From the NCBI GenBank assembly GCA_947625635.1, contig CANQPA010000001.1, forward strand, positions 3,199-67,198: a stretch of DNA of 64,000 bases, given 5' to 3'. Source of the stretch: an uncultured Bacilli bacterium (GTDB lineage Bacteria > Bacillota_I > Bacilli_A > RF39 > UBA660). Numbering within the stretch: position 1 is the stretch's first letter; every line of letters starts with the position of its first letter. The position numbers and the translations under genes were made by a program. Shown here one piece after another: positions 48,228-57,110 of the stretch. The notes below the pieces were generated by a model, which saw only the letters and a program-made list of their open reading frames with translations, ran no database searches and was not told where the DNA came from.

Positions 48228-48506
48228 TTATTTATCTGTATCATATTTTTTCTCATCATCAAATATTCCTTCACAAAGTTGGTCCATACTTATACCAAGT
48301 ATTTTTGCAATTTTATACATAGAATAAAAAGATAATGATTTTTGACCTCCAATACTAACTATATGTCTTAAATATTCATATGAGATATCAATTTCTTCTG
48401 CAAATTCCATTAAATTAACATGTTTATCTTTACAAACTTTTCTAACATTAGTCCCAACAATGTATTGAACGTCATCCTTTGATTTAAAAACACTTACCTT
48501 TTGCAT
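48228..48506 (-). CDS. small XRE-family HTH protein
   Basis: 92 aa. NVRKVCKDKHVNLMEFAEEIDISYEYLRHIVS has an HTH_3-like layout. Confidence 0.55.
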   Translation of the reverse strand: MQKVSVFKSKDDVQYIVGTNVRKVCKDKHVNLMEFAEEIDISYEYLRHIVSIGGQKSLSFYSMYKIAKILGISMDQLCEGIFDDEKKYDTDK

Positions 48507-48631
48507 AGCACCATCCCACGATATTATCTCACATGCAAAAATCCAAAGTCTGCAAACGAGTAGTTCGCAAAAAAATAAGAATATTTATAATTTTTTTTAA
48601 TATAATCTATTAGATAAGACAGGAGGATATT

Positions 48632-49144
48632 ATGATTAATAAAAGAAGTTTATGGTTTCTAACATTATTTAGTTTAATTTTAGTTTTAAGTATTTATTAT
48701 ATAACAATGCCAAGTGAATTATTACTTACAACAGATAAATCTCAAGTTAATAATAATGATAATTATACAAATTCTGAACCAACAATATCTGTAGAAGAAA
48801 GCGACCTACTCGTGGCTTTAAGAGTTGAATCAGATGAGGAAATGACTAAAGAAATAGAAGATTTACAATTAGTTCTCACAAATACAGAATCTTCTGTTGA
48901 TGAAAAAAACAAAGCATATGAAAAAATAAAACAGCTTAATGATAATAGAGGAGAAGAAGAAAAATTAGAAACTCAAATAAAAGAAAATTATAAATTAGAT
49001 TCTTTCGTAAAAATAACAAACGGTCAAATAAATGTTACTGTCAATAGTTCTGAACATTCAGAATCACTAGCGAACAACATAATGAGAACTATTCAATCAA
49101 ATTATGACGATTCAAAATATATTACTGTTAAATTTCAAAAATAA
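48632..49144 (+). CDS. spoIIIAH: SpoIIIAH-like sporulation protein (stand-alone)
   Basis: KRSLWFLTLFSLILVLSIYYI anchor and C-terminal EKNKAYEKIKQLNDNRGEEEKLETQIKENYKLDSFVKITNGQINVTVNSSEHSES...ITVKF are colinear with B. subtilis SpoIIIAH as remembered. Confidence 0.7.
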   Translation: MINKRSLWFLTLFSLILVLSIYYITMPSELLLTTDKSQVNNNDNYTNSEPTISVEESDLLVALRVESDEEMTKEIEDLQLVLTNTESSVDEKNKAYEKIKQLNDNRGEEEKLETQIKENYKLDSFVKITNGQINVTVNSSEHSESLANNIMRTIQSNYDDSKYITVKFQK

Positions 49145-49165
49145 CTAAATCAGTTATTTTTTTTA
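49139..49165 (+). terminator. intrinsic terminator after spoIIIAH-like gene
   Basis: ATAACT-AAATC-AGTTAT hairpin plus T8. Confidence 0.6.
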
Positions 49166-49178
49166 GGCACATACAATC

Positions 49179-49205
49179 ACTTATATTATAGAGCAACATA
49201 AAATA
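49179..49205 (+). promoter_or_regulatory. candidate sigma-K-type promoter of gerE
   Basis: AC (49179-49180), 16 nt, CATAAAATA (49197-49205) fits the AC-N16/17-CATAnnnTA consensus. Confidence 0.4.
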
Positions 49206-49248
49206 ATATGAGAAAATATAAACCACTCTATTAGGAAGTGAGGTAAAA

Positions 49249-49455
49249 ATGAAAAAAAGCATTTTAACTAAGAGAGAAAAGCAAGTATTTGAAATGCTGA
49301 TTATAAATAAAACAACTAAAGAAATAGCAGAAAATTTAAATATTAGTGAAAAGACTGTTAGAAATCACATTTCAAATTCTATGCAAAAATTGGGTGTCAA
49401 AGGAAGAGCTAGTGCTGTTGTTGAGTTGTTAAGGCTTGGAGAAATTTCATTATAA
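49249..49455 (+). CDS. gerE: LuxR-type sporulation regulator GerE
   Basis: LTKREKQVFEMLIINKTTKEIAENLNISEKTVRNHISNSMQKLGVKGRASAVVELLRLGE is near-identical in pattern to B. subtilis GerE. Confidence 0.85.
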   Translation: MKKSILTKREKQVFEMLIINKTTKEIAENLNISEKTVRNHISNSMQKLGVKGRASAVVELLRLGEISL

Positions 49456-49477
49456 AACGTATTTTATACGTTTTTTT
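49455..49477 (+). terminator. intrinsic terminator after gerE
   Basis: AAACGTAT-TTT-ATACGTTT hairpin running into T7. Confidence 0.6.
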
Positions 49478-49502
49478 ACATATATTTTTATAGGTGATTA
49501 TT

Positions 49503-50459
49503 ATGTTAAGAAGAATATATACAAAAAAATTGATTGTATGTTTTGTAGCTTTATTTGCTATATTATTAATTTATATAATTCCTAACAATGAAGAAAAATT
49601 CCAGCCAAAACAAGAATTAAATTATGTGGATAAAAATGTACAATACTCTACCATATTTTTACTAGATTCTAACAATTATTTATCTTGTACAAAGGTAATA
49701 ACAAAAAGTAAAAATACACAAGATATAGCAAAAGAATTACTTCAAACATTAATAATAGATTCAAATAAGCAAGACTCCATACCAAACGGATTTAAAGCCG
49801 TTATTCCAAGTAATACAGAAATAAAAAGTTTGACATTCAATGATGGTGTTATTAAAGTAGATTTTTCTTCTGAACTCATGAATACAAATATAGAAAATGA
49901 AGAAAAAATCATTGAAGCGATTGTCTATACATTAACTGGTATAGAAGATGTTGATTATGTAATAATATATATGGATGGTAATCTTTTAACAAAACTTCCT
50001 CAATCAAAAATAACGCTACCATCTACATTGAATAGAAATTTTGGTATAAATAAAGAATATAATATAAATAACACTAAAAATATAAATAAAACTACAATTT
50101 ATTATGTAAGTGAATTTAATGATAAAGAATATTATGTTCCTGTCACTAAGGTAAATAATGACGAAAGAAGTAAAATAGAAATAATAATTGATGAACTTAG
50201 TAGCAATAATGTTTATAAAACAAATTTAATGAGTTTTTTAAATAGTAACACAGAACTTATATCAGTTAATGAAACTTTAGATGAATTAGTAATAAATTTC
50301 AATAGTGCAATATTTAATGACATTAATGATAAAGAAATACTAGAAGAAGTTATTTACACAATTTCTATGTCTGTAAATGACAATTATGATGTAAATACAG
50401 TAGTTTTTAATGTAGAAGATGAAGAAATTTACAAAAGTGTTTTGAAAAGTATTGAATAA
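49503..50459 (+). CDS. gerM: GerM-like germination protein (two GerMN-type domains)
   Basis: N-terminal anchor, then two similar modules (...IPNGFKAVIPSNTEIKSLTFNDGVIKVDFSSEL... and ...LMSFLNSNTELISVNETLDELVINFNSAI...). ATG at 49503 after an AGGTGA SD. Confidence 0.65.
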   Translation: MLRRIYTKKLIVCFVALFAILLIYIIPNNEEKFQPKQELNYVDKNVQYSTIFLLDSNNYLSCTKVITKSKNTQDIAKELLQTLIIDSNKQDSIPNGFKAVIPSNTEIKSLTFNDGVIKVDFSSELMNTNIENEEKIIEAIVYTLTGIEDVDYVIIYMDGNLLTKLPQSKITLPSTLNRNFGINKEYNINNTKNINKTTIYYVSEFNDKEYYVPVTKVNNDERSKIEIIIDELSSNNVYKTNLMSFLNSNTELISVNETLDELVINFNSAIFNDINDKEILEEVIYTISMSVNDNYDVNTVVFNVEDEEIYKSVLKSIE

Positions 50460-50503
50460 TTTATATTTTTATTATATAATTATTTTGTTCGTTGGAACAG
50501 GAT

Positions 50504-50580
50504 GTCTCAGTAGCTCAGCTGGATAGAGCATCGCCCTTCTAAGGCGAGTGTCAGGGGTTCGAATCCCTTCTGGGACACCA
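50504..50580 (+). tRNA. tRNA-Arg (anticodon TCT) with encoded CCA
   Basis: Cloverleaf: acceptor GTCTCAG/CTGGGAC, D arm GCTC-AGCTGGATA-GAGC, anticodon stem TCGCC/GGCGA with loop CTTCTAA, T arm AGGGG-TTCGAAT-CCCTT, ACCA end. Confidence 0.9.
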
Positions 50581-50590
50581 TTAAGATAAT

Positions 50591-50613
50591 AACTTGCTTA
50601 TGCAAGTTTTTTT
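50591..50613 (+). terminator. intrinsic terminator after tRNA-Arg
   Basis: AACTTGC-TTAT-GCAAGTT hairpin plus T7. Confidence 0.7.
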
Positions 50614-50798
50614 ATGCTTTTTAGAGAATTTGCAAACTTTAAAAATTTGTTCAACTTTTAATTTAGTCCCCACTTTTCTTAAAATAGTTTAAAATGAATT
50701 AAAATAATATATAATTTAATTATCTGAAAAAGCATTATTTTTAAAGGAGCTTTAATGTATTATATTTTTGCACATAAATCAAGTCAAAATATTTTTGA

Positions 50799-50836
50799 AG
50801 CGAGTGTCTGAGATTCTAATCCCCTCTGGGACACTA
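50799..50836 (+). pseudogene. degenerate direct copy of the 3' half of tRNA-Arg
   Basis: AGCGAGTGTCTGAGATTCTAATCCCCTCTGGGACACTA versus tRNA 50543-50580 GGCGAGTGTCAGGGGTTCGAATCCCTTCTGGGACACCA. 31 of 38 positions are identical by my count. Confidence 0.6.
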
Positions 50837-50878
50837 TTTTTAACAAATAAAGCCTTGTTGAAAGGCTTTTTATTTATA

Positions 50879-50912
50879 TAAAAAAGAAATTATCATTTTA
50901 TCTGATAATTTC
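50879..50912 (-). terminator. intrinsic terminator after the ABC transporter gene
   Basis: GAAATTATCA-N7-TGATAATTTC hairpin plus U-run on the minus strand. A second hairpin, AAAGCCTT/AAGGCTTT at 50849-50872, can serve the plus strand. Confidence 0.65.
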
Positions 50913-50921
50913 CAAATATTT

Positions 50922-53420
50922 TTATTTATTCAAAATAGCATCTATTGGTCTAATTTTTGTTACTTTGCTAGTAGATATAAATGTTATTAAAAATGAAATT
51001 ATAATAGTATAAACGAACATTATAACAGGTATAAATGGATTCATAACTATTCCATTTAATATGTAATACATACTTCCAAATATAGAACTATTAAGTAAAT
51101 TACAAACAACAATAAATCCTATAACAGATAATAGCCAAGAGATAATTCCAATTATTAACGTTTCAAAACTAAATATCTTATTAACATCTTTACTACTTGC
51201 ACCAAGTGCTCTTAAAATACCTATTTGTTTTTTAGAGTATGATATTGTAACTGCTATAAAATTTGAAAATAATAATATATTAAATAATACAAATACTAAA
51301 CTAACTATTAAAATATACTTTGATAAATACTTATATATACTAATTATAGAACTAATATCATCATGGTGGTCAAGGGTAAACGTATAAAAAGTGCCTACAT
51401 CATCCAAATCAAAATTATCTCTAAATATTAATTTATTAAATGTACTTTTTAAATTATTTATATCATCATCATATACTCTTGCGCTTATAATCTCTTTTGT
51501 TTTAGGATTAGAATCATTAATATAACCATAACTTACATAGTTAGTATTATCTAGTGTAATACCACGCACAACAACACTATAATCTTTTTCTTCTGCATAA
51601 TTGTGTAATGTAAGAGTGATATTTGGATGTTCTTTTAAATAATCACTTACAAATTTTACTAGTGCTTCATCATAGGTTAAATTAGCATTATTTTGTATAA
51701 ATTCAAGTAGATTATTATCAAACGTTCCGTTTCTTTCTCCATATATCTCTTTTAATGAATCTAAAGAGACTAAGACCTCCTCTTTTTTTAGTGTTGATAC
51801 ACTACTATTTCCGTTTTCATTAATTACATTAATTTCATTTTCTAATACTTTAAATGGGGTTCTACCCGAAACATATATTTCACTAAGTCCAATTCTAGTT
51901 GTAAGAGATGTAGAATCTAAAATTGATAATTTATCTTCATTTAATATTATATTATCGATTAATCCGATTCCGTATACATATTCTCCCTTTCCATAATAAT
52001 TTTCACTAAAATGGTGCTCTAAACTCTTGCTTTTAAATTGCCCAGTTTCTTTGACATCTTTATATAAAGTATCATCATCATCAATAATACCTGTTATTAT
52101 AATAGAATTACTCCCCAGTTTAATCTCTTTTCTAGAAGTTAGTAAATCATTATAATCTTTTGGAAAATATAAAGTATCATCTACCAATTTTATTCCAAAT
52201 TTTATTACATAATCTGCAAAATATTTATGTACTACAATTTCGTTATTATTAACAGGAATACTACCTATTATGTTGTTTAAAAGTCTCGTATCTTTTACAT
52301 CGACAAAACTAGATGAAGATGGTAGCTTATAAAAATCATTTTTAATTTCATTAGGTCCAAATTCAAACTGTAATAACTTATTATTATCATATAAAGAATA
52401 TATAGCATTCACCTTAGATTTAGTTATTGGTTCTATGTTTTTTAAATCCTCTAAAGTAAGTTTTAAATCCATAGAATCGATCATTCCAAAACTATAAAAG
52501 AATTTTGTGTTTTTAACATCATAAACATAATTATTGTTATCACGCATAGTATTTGTAATAAATAGATTTCTATCAAACATATAAAAATTAATAGTAATTC
52601 CCATAAATATTAATGAAAATGTTGTTAAAATAATTGTCATAACAAGTTTAAACGGTTTATATTTAAAATTAGCAAGTGCCATTTTCAGAGCAAAAAGATT
52701 AGGCAATTTAGATTTCCTTAATTTGAATAAATTTATATTAGTTTCAATTAAAGTATTTGAATCATTTTTTATTTTACCATCTTCTATTTCTATTATTCTA
52801 TCTGCATATACTCTAGCAGATTCTACATCGTGTGATACTACTATCACTAACTTTTCCTTACTTATTTCTTTTAATAATTCAAATATTTGGGCACTTGAAT
52901 TTTTATCCAAGTTTCCTGTTGGCTCATCTGCTAAAATTATCTCAGGATTTTTAATTAAAGCACGAGCAAGTGCAACTCTTTGTTTTTGACCACCTGATAA
53001 TTCATTTACTTTCCTATTCCCAAGCCCATTTATTCCAAGTTTATCTAAAAGTTTATCCACATTATTTTTATTTGATTTTAAATTTTGAAGTTCTAAAGAA
53101 AGACTAATATTTTCATATACATTATAATCTTCTAATATATTAAATTCTTGAAATACAAAGCCTATATATGTATTTCTATATGAATCGTATTCTTTACTTG
53201 AGAAATTACTAATATCTTTACCATTAATAAGTATTTTACCACTAGTGACTCCATCTAGTCCTCCAAGTAAGTTAAGTAATGTTGATTTACCACTACCACT
53301 TTTACCTACTATAAATACCATACCTTTATTTCCAAACTTTAAATTTATATCATTTAAAGCAGTTGTAGAAGCGCCTTTTTTTGATTTGTATATTTTTTTT
53401 AAAGATTTTAATTCTATCAT
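50922..53420 (-). CDS. fused ABC ATPase / FtsX-MacB-type permease with a large extracytoplasmic domain
   Basis: Start at the ATG at 53420 (AGAGGGAATTTAT SD). Walker A GKSGSGKST, signature LSGGQKQR, Walker B ILADEPT. One TM, an approximately 420-aa external domain, then three C-terminal TM helices (FtsX-like). Confidence 0.8.
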   Translation of the reverse strand: MIELKSLKKIYKSKKGASTTALNDINLKFGNKGMVFIVGKSGSGKSTLLNLLGGLDGVTSGKILINGKDISNFSSKEYDSYRNTYIGFVFQEFNILEDYNVYENISLSLELQNLKSNKNNVDKLLDKLGINGLGNRKVNELSGGQKQRVALARALIKNPEIILADEPTGNLDKNSSAQIFELLKEISKEKLVIVVSHDVESARVYADRIIEIEDGKIKNDSNTLIETNINLFKLRKSKLPNLFALKMALANFKYKPFKLVMTIILTTFSLIFMGITINFYMFDRNLFITNTMRDNNNYVYDVKNTKFFYSFGMIDSMDLKLTLEDLKNIEPITKSKVNAIYSLYDNNKLLQFEFGPNEIKNDFYKLPSSSSFVDVKDTRLLNNIIGSIPVNNNEIVVHKYFADYVIKFGIKLVDDTLYFPKDYNDLLTSRKEIKLGSNSIIITGIIDDDDTLYKDVKETGQFKSKSLEHHFSENYYGKGEYVYGIGLIDNIILNEDKLSILDSTSLTTRIGLSEIYVSGRTPFKVLENEINVINENGNSSVSTLKKEEVLVSLDSLKEIYGERNGTFDNNLLEFIQNNANLTYDEALVKFVSDYLKEHPNITLTLHNYAEEKDYSVVVRGITLDNTNYVSYGYINDSNPKTKEIISARVYDDDINNLKSTFNKLIFRDNFDLDDVGTFYTFTLDHHDDISSIISIYKYLSKYILIVSLVFVLFNILLFSNFIAVTISYSKKQIGILRALGASSKDVNKIFSFETLIIGIISWLLSVIGFIVVCNLLNSSIFGSMYYILNGIVMNPFIPVIMFVYTIIISFLITFISTSKVTKIRPIDAILNK

Positions 53421-53647
53421 ATAAATTCCCTCTAAATTTATTACATTTTTTAAATACATATCTTTATTTTTATTTACATAGTCATTATACCAAATAAAAA
53501 GGAAAAAATATACTATATTAAGCAATTATTTTTAAAGGAATTTTAAAAACTTGTATACTTATCTACTAAGGCAAGTTCTTTTATTTATAAATGACATATT
53601 GATTATTATTTATTAAATTGATATACTATAATTGATAGAGGTGACTT

Positions 53648-54547
53648 ATGAAAAAATTTTTTAATAATCTAGCTACAGCTATTTTAATTATTGTTTTATT
53701 TATTTCAACTACCCTACTACTTTTATTAATTCCCTTGAAAAATACTATTAGTGGTGGCTCAGTTAAAAAGATGATTTCAAATTTAGAAATTGAGAAAATG
53801 GTTAATGAAAATCCTACTTTTAAACAATCTGTAGATGAAGCACTTGAACCTATCTTAACTGAAACAAATAAACTAGGTATCGACGATGAAGTTATTATAA
53901 AGATAGTCGATTCTGATGAAGTAAAAGATTTAATGGGTGATGTTACTGAAAATCTTATAGATTATGCTATTACGGGTAAAAATCAAAAAATTATTAATAT
54001 TGAAGATATTAATAAATTGGTCAATGATGCAATTGATGAAATAAATAAAAGTGGATATTATGAAATAAATGAAACGCAAAAAAAAGAAATCTTAAATATA
54101 GCGCAAAATAAGGTTGAGGAATACGAAGAATTAATACCAGATGCAAACATAATTGATGAGAAACTTAATAAAGAGTTAACTAAAGAAGAAAAAAATTCTT
54201 TAAACTCAATTAGATTTGTCTTAGGAAATAAACTTTTAACCTATATAATTATAAGTATCATAGTTTCTATTTTACTTATTGCCCTACTCAAATTTAAAAA
54301 AGCTAAATTTATAAAATATGCCTCAATTACAATATTAATTTCTTCGATATGTACATCTTTAATCACACTTGTTTTAGTTGCTGCAAATAATGTTTTATTT
54401 AAATTTGATTATCCTTATATATTTGATATCATAAAAAAAGGAATTAATTTTAGCTTCGCATTATCATTAAGTGTATTTGCAATTTCAATTATTGTGCTTA
54501 TAATTTATAAAATCATAAATAGTAAATTTGAAAAAGAAGTTGCTTAA
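53648..54547 (+). CDS. membrane protein, unknown function
   Basis: N-terminal TM, acidic helical middle and about 3 C-terminal TM helices. SD GATAGAGGTGA. Confidence 0.5.
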   Translation: MKKFFNNLATAILIIVLFISTTLLLLLIPLKNTISGGSVKKMISNLEIEKMVNENPTFKQSVDEALEPILTETNKLGIDDEVIIKIVDSDEVKDLMGDVTENLIDYAITGKNQKIINIEDINKLVNDAIDEINKSGYYEINETQKKEILNIAQNKVEEYEELIPDANIIDEKLNKELTKEEKNSLNSIRFVLGNKLLTYIIISIIVSILLIALLKFKKAKFIKYASITILISSICTSLITLVLVAANNVLFKFDYPYIFDIIKKGINFSFALSLSVFAISIIVLIIYKIINSKFEKEVA

Positions 54548-54631
54548 ATATCGGTTACCCGATATTTTTTTTAATTATTTAAAGCAAAAATAGCATTTAA
54601 TACATAAAATTAGACATTTGAAACATTTATA

Positions 54632-54659
54632 TTGACAAATTTCACCTTAACATTATAAA
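54632..54659 (+). promoter_or_regulatory. candidate sigma-A promoter for the small-ORF cluster
   Basis: TTGACA (54632-54637), 16 nt, TATAAA (54654-54659). Confidence 0.4.
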
Positions 54660-54701
54660 ATCTAAACTGTAATATTTAATTGGAAAGAAAGGAGTGGTAG
54701 C

Positions 54702-54893
54702 ATGGTTTATATAAAAATATTACAAACTAAAAATTCATTTATAAATTTTATATATACCGTGTTTATACACTTATATAAGATTTATATTTGGATAGTCCAA
54801 ATCATTGGTAGAAAGAAAGGAAGTGTAGAAATGATCTTGGATAAAAATTTAAAAAGGCAAGATAATTTATACACTTATTTTGCTATAATGTAA
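54702..54893 (+). CDS. small hydrophobic/aromatic peptide ORF (63 aa; possibly 42 aa + 20 aa units)
   Basis: SD GAAAGAAAGGAG 8 nt before the ATG, with a promoter upstream. An internal second SD-like GAAAGAAAGGAAG precedes the ATG at 54831. Confidence 0.35.
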   Translation: MVYIKILQTKNSFINFIYTVFIHLYKIYIWIVQIIGRKKGSVEMILDKNLKRQDNLYTYFAIM

Positions 54894-54927
54894 TTTTTAT
54901 CTTGCCTATATAAGAAAGGTGAGAATT

Positions 54928-55074
54928 ATGAAATTAAGAAATTTTTTAAAAATACATCATAATCTCATTATTTCTTTTATAGACTTTATTCAAATTATTA
55001 ATATTTTTGTAAATTCGAATATTATATCAATTTTAATAGTAATATTAAGAAATATAATGAGAGAAAGAAAGTGA
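54928..55074 (+). CDS. small hydrophobic peptide ORF (48 aa), not in ORF track
   Basis: AAGAAAGGTGAG SD, then ATG. Translation MKLRNFLKIHHNLIISFIDFIQIINIFVNSNIISILIVILRNIMRERK has a hydrophobic helix with a basic C-terminus. Confidence 0.35.
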   Translation: MKLRNFLKIHHNLIISFIDFIQIINIFVNSNIISILIVILRNIMRERK

Positions 55075-55077
55075 TGT

Positions 55078-55111
55078 ATAAAAAACTCTTAAAGCGCGTA
55101 CTTTAAGAGTT
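55078..55111 (-). terminator. intrinsic (bidirectional) terminator after serS
   Basis: AACTCTTAAAG-CGCGTA-CTTTAAGAGTT hairpin flanked by A6 and T-rich runs. Confidence 0.75.
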
Positions 55112-56395
55112 TTATTTTACATCTATTTTTTCTTTTCCACCCATATAAGGTCTTAATACTTTTGGAATTTTTATGCTACCGTCTTTTTCGTAATTGTTTT
55201 CAATTAATGCAATTAATCCCCTTGGTGATGCTACCACAGTATTATTTAATGTATGTACATAATATGTCCCATTTTCTCCCTTTGCTCTTATCCCAAGACG
55301 CCTTGATTGTGCATCACCCAAAGTAGAGCAACTACCAACTTCAAAATATTTTTTTTGTCTTGGACTCCAAGCCTCAATATCACATGATTTAACTTTAAGG
55401 TCAGCTAAATCTCCACTGCAACATTCAAGTTGTCTTACTGGTATATCCATATTTCTAAATATTTCAACTGTGTATTTCCACATTTTATTGTACCATTCCA
55501 TAGAATCCTCTGGTTTACAAAGTACTATCATTTCTTGTTTTTCAAATTGATGTACACGATATAATCCTCTTTCTTCAAGTCCATGGGATCCTCCTTCTTT
55601 TCTAAAACAAGGAGAATACGATGTCATAGTTATCGGAAGACTTGATTCTTTAACCATTTGATCTTTAAACCTACCAATCATAGAATGTTCACTGGTACCT
55701 ATTAAAAATAAATCTTCCCCTTCTATTTTATACATCATAGCCTGCATTTCAGGAAAAGACATAACGCCTTCTACTACTGATGAGTGTATCATAAACGGAG
55801 GTATTGCATAAATAAAACCTTTGTCTATCATAAAATCCCTTGCATAAGCAAGCATTGCTTCATGAAGTCTTGCAATATCACCCATTAGATAATAAAATCC
55901 CTCTCCACTCGTTCTTCCAGCTGATTCTTTATCTAATCCATTTAAATTTTCTAATATATCTGCATGATATGGTATTTCATAATCAGGAACTATTGGTTCT
56001 CCAAATTTTTCAACTTCAACATTAAATGTATCGTCTTTTCCAATTGGAACACTATCATCAATTATATTAGGTATATTCATCATTTTGATTTTAATTTCAT
56101 GTGAAAGAACTTCTTCTCTTTCTTTCAACTCTTCCAATTCATTACTGTATTGAGAAATTTCTTCTTTAACTTTTTCTGCTTGATCTTTTTTTCCTTCTCT
56201 CATTAAAGCTCCTATTTCGCTACTTTTGGAATTTTTCAAAGCTCTAAGATCATCACCCTTTTTTTTACAATCACGATATTCTATATCAAGTTTCTCAATT
56301 TCATCTACAATAGGTAATTTTTCATCTTGAAATTTTTTCTTTATATTTTCTTTAACTAACTCTTTATTTTCTCTTATTAATTTAATATCTATCAT
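55112..56395 (-). CDS. serS: serine--tRNA ligase
   Basis: N-terminal coiled-coil arm and class II motifs (FRKEGGSHG, TLNNTVVASPRGLIALIEN). Confidence 0.95.
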   Translation of the reverse strand: MIDIKLIRENKELVKENIKKKFQDEKLPIVDEIEKLDIEYRDCKKKGDDLRALKNSKSSEIGALMREGKKDQAEKVKEEISQYSNELEELKEREEVLSHEIKIKMMNIPNIIDDSVPIGKDDTFNVEVEKFGEPIVPDYEIPYHADILENLNGLDKESAGRTSGEGFYYLMGDIARLHEAMLAYARDFMIDKGFIYAIPPFMIHSSVVEGVMSFPEMQAMMYKIEGEDLFLIGTSEHSMIGRFKDQMVKESSLPITMTSYSPCFRKEGGSHGLEERGLYRVHQFEKQEMIVLCKPEDSMEWYNKMWKYTVEIFRNMDIPVRQLECCSGDLADLKVKSCDIEAWSPRQKKYFEVGSCSTLGDAQSRRLGIRAKGENGTYYVHTLNNTVVASPRGLIALIENNYEKDGSIKIPKVLRPYMGGKEKIDVK

Positions 56396-56396
56396 A

Positions 56397-56897
56397 TCAA
56401 TTCTCCATTTCTTTTATTCTATTTAATATTTTCTCATAAGATGGAGTATACTTTTTTTCTACTCTTTCCCAATCTTTTAATGTAGGATTTTTAATCCTAG
56501 TCATATCCATATTATTTTCTAAATCAGCTATTTTAACCATAAGTGAATCAAACGATGCCTCATTTACTAATTTGTCTATGTATTTTCTATAATCCATCGA
56601 TTTAGGTTTACTTAATATTAAAACTTCATCAACTATACTTTTAGGAAAACCGATCTCTAAAAGTTCATCATAAGTAATATTTTTATCTTCTATAACATCA
56701 TGAAGCAAAGCAATTATTTTTTGATTTTCTGTACAAACATTTCTATAAACATAAATTAAGTGAAGAATATAAGGATGTCCGCCTTTGTCTATATCATTTT
56801 TAAAAATATTAGAAACTATTTCAAGGGCTTTATATATCAAATTACCACTGTTTTTTATTTCTTCATATTTTTCATCACTAAAATATTCTTTTAACAT
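56397..56897 (-). CDS. small RelA/SpoT-type HD hydrolase (small alarmone hydrolase-like)
   Basis: DKGGHPYILHLIYV ... IIALLHDVIEDKNITYDELLEIGFP ... VKIADLENNMD follows the (p)ppGpp-hydrolase HD pattern (G.PY..H ... LLHDv.ED ... KlAD..hN). Stop TGA is 1 nt before the serS ATG. Confidence 0.6.
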   Translation of the reverse strand: MLKEYFSDEKYEEIKNSGNLIYKALEIVSNIFKNDIDKGGHPYILHLIYVYRNVCTENQKIIALLHDVIEDKNITYDELLEIGFPKSIVDEVLILSKPKSMDYRKYIDKLVNEASFDSLMVKIADLENNMDMTRIKNPTLKDWERVEKKYTPSYEKILNRIKEMEN

Positions 56898-56913
56898 AAA
56901 TGGCCTCCTAACA

Positions 56914-57105
56914 AATAAAAGACCACCATTAGGAGTAACTAATACGGTACCATCCTAATAATAGTCTTAATTAGCATAACGGCATTACCGGAAATGTTTA
57001 CATCTCACTCTAGAGTAGATTCATAAAATACAAATGTTAATTCACACCAACCATTAACTCTCTTAAAAATAATATTTTATTACTATTCTCTTTCATCGAT
57101 TTATG
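56914..57105 (-). promoter_or_regulatory. T-box leader, Ser specifier (UCU)
   Basis: Minus strand has AUCGAUGAAAGAGAAUAG (AGAGA box) and a distal GGUUGGUGUGAA loop. The specifier context is AUGAAUCUACUCUAGAG (UCU + A). T-box UUAGGAUGGUACCGUA is followed by terminator CCGUAUUAG-UUACUC-CUAAUGGUGG + UCUUUUAUUU. Confidence 0.75.
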
Positions 57106-57110
57106 TATTA

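Noticed and set aside
54831-55106. Very short ORFs: 20 aa from the ATG at 54831, and 10 aa (MYKKLLKRVL) from the ATG at 55074.
   Set aside because: They are too short to support on sequence alone. The second overlaps the serS bidirectional terminator hairpin. They are mentioned only as context for the small-ORF cluster finding.
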